The position numbers and the translations under genes were made by a program. Below are positions 13,044-23,066 of a stretch of 64,000 bases of DNA, piece after piece (within the stretch, counting starts at the first letter, position 1; every line of letters begins with the position of its first letter). The notes beneath the pieces were generated by a model. It did no database searches, was not told the origin of the DNA, and saw only the letters and a program-made list of their open reading frames with translations. Source of the stretch: Eledone cirrhosa (lineage: Eukaryota); the NCBI GenBank assembly GCA_964016885.1, contig OZ024742.1:211854001-211918000 (forward strand). Direction: 5' to 3'.

Positions 13044-13396
13044 TTGGTAACATGATTGAATTAAAGAAAAACTAGTATGAGCTGCATGATGGGATAGCAA
13101 TAAAGATGGATTAGAGCAGTTAGATAGCAATAGAGATGGACAAGAGTTGTGAGTATTAATGAAGGGGGAGAGAGAGTGATGTCTAGCAGTAAAGACACAT
13201 GTATAAGTGTATGTCTGGCTATATATGTAGTAAGTAAATGTGTTTATGTATGTCATGTTAGTAATGTCACTGGAAAGATATGAAAATCACAGCTTCCTAT
13301 TTCCTCTGAGGTTTCAAATCTATTTATAGTTTTTTTTTTATTGTTGTTGTTGCCTTCTTGTTTGCTATTCTAATCCAAGCTATTTATTTTTGCCAG

Positions 13397-13513
13397 GGTG
13401 ACCGAGGAGCTACTCCACTCTATTATGCTTTGTGTAACAACAATTCCAATATGACAGATCTTCTTATTGCTCATGAAGCACGCCTAGATACTAATTTATG
13501 TGATGGAGATGAG
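13397..13513 (+). CDS. Ankyrin-repeat protein exon (GDRGATPLYYALCNNNSNMTDLLIAHEARLDTNLCDGDE)
   Basis: tgccag acceptor, gtatgt donor, 117 bp; canonical GxTPLxxA...LL..A ankyrin repeat. Confidence 0.92.
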
Positions 13514-14039
13514 GTATGTGATCATTCTTGTTTATATTGTAAAATACCTATATCTATATATATCTTTGCTAGAGTCAGTTCCATAGCTTCCAAAGGTGAC
13601 CTTGAGGCAATGATCTGTGAAACATACATAATAGGTCAATACTCAATAAAAACATAAACATGTAAACAAAACTTCATTGTTTTTTTCTTATATACACTCT
13701 GCCTGTGCATTGAATGTTTATATCAGTCCAACCTCAAGTAATTTATTGAATCACCTATACTATACAAGGGTTAGCTGAAAGGGTCATAGGTTAAAAAGTT
13801 CCTAGGTTAACCAAGATACTCTCATGCAATGATCAAATGAGGTTTATTTTTCAACATAGTCCCTGGAAAAAAAACAATGTAATTATTAATAAGATGAGTT
13901 GAGATTAATATATGCAAGATTTCAAAGCTCTAGCATCACTCCTTCATAGTGTGCCTATGAACTTTTCAGCCAACACTCATATATATATATATGTGTGTGT
14001 GTGTATATATATGTGTGTGTGTATGTATATACATATATG

Positions 14040-14472
14040 TAGTGAGACATGGGCGGCAACTGCAGAGGATATGCGATAGAAATGAAGTAAGCATGCTCCG
14101 TTGGATGTGCAATGTCAATGTGCATGAACGACCAAGCATGGACAAGTTGAGAGAGAAACTGGGTATAAGAGGGATAAGTTCTGGTGTGCAGGAGAGAAGA
14201 CTGAGATGATATGGGCATGTGATGCTCATGGAGGATGACCGATGGGTAAAGAAGTGCCAAGAAATCCCAGTAGAAGGAAGACGCAGAAGAGGTAGACCAC
14301 GTAAAACATGGGCGGAGGTGGTGAGAGCAGACCTCAGATCGCTGAAACTCACCGAGGAGATGACGAAGGACCGTGATAAGTGGAGAAATGCTGTGCTGAA
14401 TAGGACCCGTCCAACTCTTGCAAGCAGGGAAAGGTGGACGTAAAATGGTGATGATGATGATGTTGATGATGA
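14040..14472 (+). mobile_element. RTE (BovB-like) LINE 3' fragment
   Basis: RNEVSMLRWMC...RRL.WYGHVM...GRRRRGRPRKTW; ends in a (GAT)n tail. Confidence 0.85.
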
Positions 14473-15508
14473 TGCATGTATGTGTGTATGTGTGTATTTG
14501 GTAACTATGTGTATCCAATTTTGAATAAGTACACTGTATCCTTGCATGTCATAAAAACAACTAAAAGGGTTGATGTCTGGAAGGGTCTCCTGCTGTAGAA
14601 TGTTGCCTCAAAAAGTCCCAACCCATGTCAACATGGAAAAATCAACATAAAAACAATAATGCTTGATTTTAAAAATGTATATACTTTTGCTGTCTTCATG
14701 ATTCCTGTACTCACCGCGTTTCTATCTCTCTCCCAGTCTTTCTCTCTTTAAATTTTAGCTAGACCCATAAGTATACCCTTTCTCTCTCTGTATATACACA
14801 TATATCTATCTATCTAACTACCCATCTATATCTATCTATCCATCCATCTTACTACAACAAAGGTTCTCAGCCCATTTTGGCCAAATGCCCCCTTTTGGCC
14901 CTCGAAATCACGAAACGCCCCCCCCCCCACACCCTATTTTTCCATTTTTCAATATACTACTGATTTTGATATCAATAGATTACTGGGCCAAATCAAGTTA
15001 TCTTAGATTCTTTAAAAGATACTCGTACGAATTCAGTCCAAAACAAAAGCAAGCTATTTCAAATTATATATTTTTGAAATAAAAAAAAACATTTGATCTC
15101 AGTCGAAAAAGCTTCTTTTTTTTTTTAATTCTATATTTCACTGTTAGCTGCTGTAATATTTTGAGTGGTTAGACAATTGAAACTGTAAAGTCAAAATACA
15201 AAAGATGCAAAATATGAAGAATTTCTTACCTTTCTCTGAAATCACAAACTCAGGGGAAAAATAGTACCTTGCAAAATAATATACCTCGTAGCAAAATAAG
15301 TAGTAAGGAATGAATTGAGAAGCTTGGTGACTGAGAAAGCAATATCTGTATCCCTTATATATAAACATAGATATACCACACACACATACATACACACACC
15401 CAAACCTGTGTGTGTGTGCCTTGGTTTTGGTACAGAAAGAATTCTGTCTACAGTTTTTATTGCCAGGTCAAAGGCCACTGCTCTTTTCAACAACACCAAA
15501 TAACAACG

Positions 15509-15545
<37 letters not shown>

Positions 15546-15973
15546 GAAGGAAATGTGGTAAGGAACCAGGTGGACCATAACGCACCAAAGTACTCAATAC
15601 TTAGGGCAGTAGAGTGGGTTATAGGAACTTGTTCCTATATATATATATATATATATATGAAGAGAAAAAGAGAGGGGGGGACACAGAGAGAGAGTAAGAA
15701 CTGTGTGTGTGTTTGGTACACGGCTATCTATCTATTTGTCTATCTATCTCCAACAGGGGGCTCAAACATGGTAGACCAGACTGAAAAAAGAAAATATATG
15801 TGTGTGTGCGTGTGTATAATATATATATATATATATATTATACACACACATATATATATATATATATTCTTACACACTTAAATATAAATGCATGTATATA
15901 TATATATATACAAATGTATAAATGCATAGCTATATACATACGTAAATGTATGTATGTATGTAGATTTATATAT

Positions 15974-16190
15974 ATATTTATTAAAATAACAGATTAAAGT
16001 TTAAGCAAAGAATGCTGCTTTCACCCTTAACGGATCTTCTGAAGATCCTGGTAAGGGTGAAAGCAGCGATTCTTTGTTTAAGCTTTAATCTGTTATTTTA
16101 ATAAATATTTGCTCTATGGTTCTTATATATTTGATATATATTTATCCTTATCGAGCCCTCTTTGGATTTTAGTCTTCAAATTTATTATTA
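15974..16190 (+). mobile_element. Penelope-like pseudo-LTR remnant forming a long palindrome, with a hammerhead-like core
   Basis: About 67-bp inverted arms centred at 16040; CTGAAGA-tcc..ggg-t-GAAA on the right arm. Tail 16091-16185 recurs reverse-complemented around the maT element at 36286-37268. Confidence 0.6.
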
Positions 16191-16192
16191 TT

Positions 16193-16235
<43 letters not shown>

Positions 16236-16267
16236 AGATTTATATATATGTATATATATATATATAT

Positions 16268-16759
16268 ATTAGAATTGGTGCTCTGAAATAGCGATATATA
16301 TATGAATGTATATATAGTGTATTTTGCAATACACTATGCTTAATAAAAAGCATTTTGAAGACCACACGCTATTGATTTAAAGTAACGACATTGTCGTTTA
16401 CTTAAATTTTCGGCAGACAGGGGGAGATAAGTTGACAGCTCTGTTTTGTACTTTTTGGTATTTATCAAAACTCACTACTCTCCCTGTCTGCCGAAAATTA
16501 TGTGTGTTGGATTCTTATAGAATTCCAGTAACAATCAGGAACTGATTTTACAGAGCGGTCACTGGCCCAGCAGAAATTAAAAATTAGAATTGGTGCTCTG
16601 AAATAGCGATATATATATAAATGTATATATAGTGTATTTTGCAATACACTGTATGCTTAATTAAAAGAATTTTGAAGACTATACGCTATTGTTTTAAAGT
16701 AGCGACATTGTCGTTTACTTAAATTTTCGGCAGACAGGGGAGATAAGTTGACAGCTCTG
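16268..16759. repeat. Element with about 175-bp direct repeats (16268-16442, 16583-16759) next to (TA)n
   Basis: Direct repeat at about 315-bp offset; internal hairpin ttttcggcagacaggg...ccctgtctgccgaaaa. Confidence 0.75.
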
Positions 16760-17589
16760 GTCAGAAAATTCTGTCTCCAGATTTTATTACCTAGGGAGAT
16801 TAAATACCACAGCTCTGGCTGAAATCTGACCAGGTTCTCAACCTCATCAAACACTAACGCAGGCCTCTCTATGTATATATGTGTGCGTGTGTATGTATGT
16901 ATGTACGTATGCATGTGTGTGTATGTTCGTATGTATGTATATGTATACACCCACACCTTTCATCACCATTGCTTTTTCTTGTCGTTTCTGTTGTTCTTGT
17001 AACTGTTGTCAAAGTTGACATCCTTATGTTCATTTTCTTTGATTTCTTTCGTTTTTTTTATCTCCCTAGGGAATTCGTTGACAAGCTTCTTTTATTTATT
17101 TTTTTTGTTTTCTTCATTCAAATGCATTCACACTGGCTGTCTAAGAGACGTACAAATATAAATTATAAAACTTACCAAACTAGAAAACTAAAGGGACTTC
17201 AAACGCCCCCCTAACGCCTCCTTGCTCCGAAACGCCCCCATGGAGCTCCGACCCCCGTTGAGAACCTTTGTTCTACAATATTGTCTTTCCCTTTCTCAAT
17301 TCATACTCACTGTTAAATGGTTAGTGTCACCATCTCCAAGTATGTTTACTTACTTTCATCTTAAATCAGCCTTGTTCTACTCTGTTTGTCATCGTCGTTG
17401 CTGCCACTGACCTCCCAGATGGGCTGGAAGCCTGCATTTTACTCACAATACATCCTTCCACTCTACCAAGGGCATTTTATCAAGGCACCATCACAAAGGA
17501 GGCTGTTATGTCTTTAGCAAATTCTGGATGACCTTCCCATCGCCAACCACTTTACAGAATGTATTGGGTGCATCTATCATAAATCATCA

Positions 17590-19680
17590 ACACTAGAATA
17601 AGTCACGTGAATAAGCACTATAAATTTTGTGCCAATTCTTGTAGTCAAAACAATTTTGATTGGTTGGTAGAAGTCACGTGAATGTTTAAATTGATTTTAG
17701 CACGAACTGGTTTCGTGCCAAATGTAGGTTTGTCGAAGAGTGTCCTTTTCCGCTTGATTGAGTTGCAGTAATGTTGAGAGGTCAACAGTTAAGGTGTCTA
17801 TTAAGACAAATATGTGTGTGTGTGTGTGCGTGTGTCTGTGTGTGTGTAGCAAAGTGATTCATTGTTGTGATAATGGAAATGAATCGGTCAGTAGGAATGT
17901 GTGTGTACGTGTGCTTATTTTAACATGTTGAAACATTTTTCAGCTCTTGTCTTATACGGAGAAGTGTGTGTGTCGATGGACCAGTATTTTTGTGATACTG
18001 GTAAAAATGGTGTACATTATTCAATATTTTCAGTCATTTACAAAAACGATTCTCTCCAAGGAACATCAATAACATCAATAATAAAAGGGGTGAAATGATG
18101 TCATAACAAGGCGTATGTGAGTTCAGATTGTACGTACTGCAAGGCCCTACCATATGGGATACTTGTGTACAAATATGTATGCACCCATCAATGTGCAATA
18201 CATGTATGCGTATGTGTATGTGTGCGTGTCGGCACGTGTATATCTATAAACATCAAAAGGTATGCGAATGTGTATATTTGTGTTGCACCATAGAACATGT
18301 GTGTTTACGTATGTCATTGTGTTTATATGTGGATAGAAATGTATGTAGGATGTATGCTGATGTAGGTGTGTATGTTGTGTTTAGACAGGGTCCGTATTTG
18401 TTAATAAAGTGAGATTCCTTGCTGATGCGCTGGGTGTGGGTGGCATTATCTTTAAATTTGTAGAGGGGAAAGATTCTAAAGTTGGGATGATTTGGGGCGG
18501 CACAAGTATCAATGTGTTCACTCAGTGCTATTTTTCTGTATTCCCGTATTTTGATTTGGGATCTATGGGCAGTCATGCGTTGGCGGAGACTGTTTTTAGT
18601 CTGGCCTATGTATTGTTCTCGACAACCTGAGCAAGTTAATACATATATTAACTTTTCTGATGCGCATGTGAAATTGTGTTTTACTATAAAACGTTGTCCT
18701 TCTTTGAAATAGAATTCCGAACCCTCTATTAGGTTGATACATATGCCACAGTTGGGTCTATCGCATTTTTTTACTGTGGGTTTCGTTGTTGTGGTTGGCA
18801 GTACTTTGGCATGTGTTAGGATGTTTTTCATTGACTTAGATTGTCTTTCGCTCTTTATGATATTCTGTGTTCGAAGGATTTGGTTCATTCTATGGTCCTT
18901 TTTTAATACAGGGATCTTCTGGAGGATGGTGTCAAAGGCCTCATTGTTAAGGGGGTTGTGTGTGGAGATGTATGGAAGAGCTTTTAGTTTCGGTTGATTA
19001 ACTTTAGGGTGTCTAAGGTCCTGGGTACTGAGTTTTAGGGCACGTTGGATTCCATTGTCAATTAGTGATGCAGGATAGTCCCTGCTTAAGAGTGTGTCCT
19101 TTAGTTCTTGTAGCCGTAAGTAACAGGTGTTTTTATTGGAGACTATAGTACAGATTCTCTTGGCTAAGTTGTAGGGAATATTAATTTTAACGTGTCTAGG
19201 GTGGCAAGAGTTGAAAGGAAGATATTGCTTGGAGTCTGTGGGCTTGTAGTATATGTCTGCTTCTATTTTTTTGTTATGAATCTTAACGAGGATCTCGAGA
19301 AAGGGGAGTTGTTGATGGCTGTATTCCATTGTAAAATTAATATTAGTGTTGAGCCCATTTATAAGGGTGTGAAATTCTTTAAGTTTCTCAATGTTTTCAT
19401 GCCAAAGGATGAAGCAGTCATCTAGATATCGCTTCCAGTTCCTTTCTATGTGTAAGTGGAGAGTGTTTCCAAATTTGTTTAGTACTTTAGTGTAGAGGGT
19501 GATTTCCAGGTATCCCATGACTAGGTTGGCATAAGTCGGGGCCGTTTTCATTCCCATAGCGGTCCCAGATTCCTGCCTGTAGAATTTGTTATTGAAAACG
19601 AAGTAATTATTCTCCAAGATAAATTTGAGTCCTTCTATCACAAATTCTTTTTTGATGCATTGTGGGAGTTCATTGGGGTA
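17590..19680 (-). mobile_element. Penelope-like element (Neptune-type), 5'-truncated; RT + GIY-YIG ORF 18253-19641
   Basis: Uninterrupted 462 aa: GTAMG..APTYANL, RYLDD, YYKPTD, Cys linker CDRPNCGIC, GIY-YIG LIYVLTCSGCREQYIGQT..LRQRMTAH. The 3' UTR extent is approximate. Confidence 0.92.
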
Positions 19681-19988
19681 ACTGAATACTAACTAATACT
19701 TATTACCAATTTATACTTATTCCTAATTAAACTATTTTTCACTGGGAAAAATTTGTCACCATTTTCTTTTCCTTTTTTACTAATATCGTCAGTCGATCAA
19801 CCTTCATTCCATGGGTCTTTCCAATTGCTAATACTATCTATCGGTCGCAACTCCAGGTAGAAGGAGCAACGTAAAATAAAGTGTCTTGCTCAAGGACATA
19901 ACGCATCGCCCGGTCCGGGAATTGAACTCACAACCTCACGATTGTGAATCCATTTTTCTTACCACTCAGCCACGCGCCTTCACTTTAC

Positions 19989-20019
<31 letters not shown>

Positions 20020-20269
20020 TTTTTTTTATTTACGGGGCAGGCAGAGGCTCCGTAAGCCGTAGTGTAGGCAACCCGTCTAGGAGGGCTACCACTCCGAATA
20101 AATTGGTACGGGGCAGAGAAGTCCCCTAAGTCCAGTAAGACAACTTCCCTAGTGCTGATGGCACGAATAAAAGCACCCAGTCCATGCTGTAAAGTGGTGC
20201 TGGTGTTAGGAAGGGCATCCAACCAGTGTATCAAAGCAAAACAATTATGAGCACAACAACAAATATCAT

Positions 20270-20800
20270 CATCATCATCATCATCAACGTTTAACGTCCG
20301 TGTTCCACGCTTGCATGGGTTTGGACGGGGGTATTCCCACTTGAGGCAAGAGTGGTTGTCTTGCTCGCATAGGACTGTCTGGCAGGTCTTCTACAGTTGG
20401 ATGCCCTTCCTAACACCAACCACATTTACAGTGTGGGACTGGGAGGTTTTTACCGTGTTGCCTACACGGCCACATTACAGCGTGGACTGTGTTTTTTTTT
20501 GTCGTGACACCTACACGATCTCATTTGTTTCGGCCTGGATGGCGCGGCACCAATATAACTTTACATAGAGCGGGGTGGTGTGGATGGGGTGGGGGTGGTG
20601 GGACGGGGTGTATTTTGTTAGAGATGCCTACTGGCTGTAGTAGGTTTTACTATGTATTTAGGTAAGGCGGGTCTTCTCTGTTACTGAGTACCGCCAAAGG
20701 TCCAGTGACATTGTCTTGGAGAGGTGTAAGTGTGTGAGGTCGGAGTTTATCAGCTTGTCCCAGGTTTTTCTAGGTCTGCCTATTCCGTGGCTACCGTCTA
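20270..20800 (-). mobile_element. RTE 3' end plus associated SINE-like tail
   Basis: Reverse complement of GRPRKTWDKLI and a (GAT)n tail; mirrors 34960-35340. Confidence 0.6.
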
Positions 20801-20977
20801 TCTTAAATATATATATATATATATATATTTGCATATATGTTTGGGTTTGATCATGGCTAGAATGCCTTTGGTTATAGCTCTACTAGATGGGGTCTGATCT
20901 GGGGCTGTAGTTGAGTTTACAGAGAAATATTATGATGGAAATACTAATTTGTTAATTTTGATTTCATTACTTTTCAG

Positions 20978-21097
20978 TTTGATATTCCTCTGCTCTTTGC
21001 TGTCCTCATGAACTGCTCTACCTCTCCTATATCTCCTGGATTGATTGAAAAAACTATACCAAATAAACCTGAAAATTTGTCTAAACTATTCTACCGT
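20978..21097 (+). CDS. Ankyrin-repeat protein exon (FDIPLLFAVLMNCSTSPISPGLIEKTIPNKPENLSKLFYR)
   Basis: ttttcag acceptor, gtaagt donor, 120 bp, phase 0. Confidence 0.85.
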
Positions 21098-22608
21098 GTA
21101 AGTAGAACCAATTTCTTCCTATTTTTCTATACTAACGATTTCTTTAATTGCTTAGTTAGGAGGAAGTGGGCAGCACCCATAACTTTTTCAAGATCTCAAG
21201 GACTGGTAGATGAAGGGATTAAACTGGAAGTGGCATGAGCTGCAAATGTGGAAACATTTTTTCACAGGAGTACAGCTTAGAAAACGATAGTGTTTAGGAA
21301 GATTTCACAAGGCTGGTATAAGTTCACTTGACAATGGAACACGTTGCAGTTTAGGTGGAAAGTGCAGGGAGATTGTTTCTTAGAAGTTAGTCTTGATTTA
21401 GTTGCAGTAATGAATTAAAGCCACCACTTGGTAGAGGTGTGTGAATTTGTTTAGGTGTTGTAATCTGCATTTTTTGCCTGTAGTACTATAAGGTTCCAAA
21501 GGTAGGGGAAGTTATGCAGTATATGCATCTGTGGTAGATAGCCTTAATTAAGCACTAATCACACAATCTAATGTGCAGCGATAGTGATAGATTGATAAAA
21601 GGGGTGTGAAAGAAATTGTGTATTTGGAAGGTCTGAACATGGGTAATGAAAGTAGGGGCTCTGTTTGCAGTTGGAGAGGAATGAGATAAGTATGGTTGGA
21701 TGGTCTATGTTAATACGAAAGATAGACAGGGCATGAGTATCATAAGTAGTAGTCAGTATATGTAAAAGAGATAACCACACTTATGATGCACATTATATGT
21801 TAAAGTGTAGATGTCATAGAAGTAACAAAAAAAGAGGAAAAACAGTAAAATATAAAATATGAATTTGTTACACACCCCTATATTGTAGATATTTTTCATA
21901 GATATGCTTTAATATTTTGGGTTGGATGATGGATTGATAAACTATAAAATTGTTACAGTATCAAAATACCTCATGGTATTTAGATGCAGCATGACTGAAT
22001 GAGAAGTTCACTTTGCAATCATTAACCCTTTAGCATTCAAGCCGGCTGTTTCTGACCAGAATTCTCTCACCGCTTTCTGTTCAAACCATCTGTAACTGGC
22101 TGCTCATACTGATGTTAAGTTGTTGTTCTCAAAATAAATATCAAAATCTCATAGATTCAATATTATTAAGATAATTATGTGTGGTAAAGTGTTTACCGTG
22201 AGAATACAATAGTATATATAAAGTAATGTAAATGCTAAAGTGTTAAATCTCAGATTCAATCCCACTGTGTGGCATCTTAGGCAAGTGTCAACCCTTGCCT
22301 TGTGAGTGAAATTGTTTAGATGGAAACTGTTTGGAAGCCTTTTGAATGGACTATACCTGTAATTGAATAGGACAGCCTTGTCACACACTGCATAATGCTG
22401 AATCTCCTTCATTATGTTAAAGGGTACATGTGTCTGTAGAATGCTCAGCCACTTACACATTGATTTAATGAACAGGCCAGTTCATATTCTACTGTGGTAC
22501 ACTTTGTCTTTTTAGTTTGATAAGATTGGATCAGTGAAATATGTGTGTTGATATATTTAACTTGTGACCTTGTATCCATTTTATAAATTACTGTATTTCT
22601 CTTTTCAG

Positions 22609-22713
22609 GGACAAAATGTGATCTTACACTGCATTGATTACCTAGTGCCAAGAAACATTATTGAAGTGATTCTTAAAAAAGGTTGTGCCAACTTAATTAC
22701 TGCTAAAAATAAG
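22609..22713 (+). CDS. Ankyrin-repeat protein exon (GQNVILHCIDYLVPRNIIEVILKKGCANLITAKNK)
   Basis: ttttcag acceptor, gtaatg donor, 105 bp; ankyrin-like G.N..H.....I..IL..G. Confidence 0.88.
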
Positions 22714-22964
22714 GTAATGGGTTTGTTTCTTTGTGATTTTCATTTAAAGATTTCCATTTTCTTTCAACTAGTCTTGCTTTAAGAATTGGAAGAAAGGAGC
22801 CTGAAATATTATATATACCTTTTGAAAATCCTTATAAAACATCAACTTCAATAATTTTGTTTCTACTAAATTTCTAACTTTGCTTGCTGTTTCAAAAACA
22901 AACTTAGTTTTCATTTTACTTGCTATGAAAATATAGCTTCTAATTTGAATGGAAAGGGATGGGT

Positions 22965-23035
22965 GATATGTTAGTGTAATGGTAGCACAGTGATCTAGAT
23001 AACCAAAGATGTGGGTTCGACTCCCATGTACATCA
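22965..23035 (+). pseudogene. Degenerate tRNA-like sequence (tRNA pseudogene or SINE head)
   Basis: D-arm gtgt-aatggta-gcac, T-arm gtggg-ttcgact-cccat, partial acceptor stem, T6 run at 23053-23058; the anticodon stem is broken. Confidence 0.45.
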
Positions 23036-23066
23036 ATACTCGTCCTTTACCATTTTTTAGAGGGTT

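Larger units (their letters stand above)
14858..17270. mobile_element. 2.4-kb non-autonomous hAT element carrying nested repeats
   Basis: TIRs caaaggttctca / tgagaacctttg; 8-bp TSD tactacaa / ttctacaa (7 of 8 match); no transposase ORF. Confidence 0.75.

Noticed and set aside
15144-15997. YI/CV/HT-rich short ORFs (also 36114-36471 and 51718-52023)
   Set aside because: Translations of (TA)n/(TG)n microsatellites.
22965-23035. Functional tRNA gene
   Set aside because: The anticodon and acceptor stems are mismatched; kept only as a pseudogene/SINE head.
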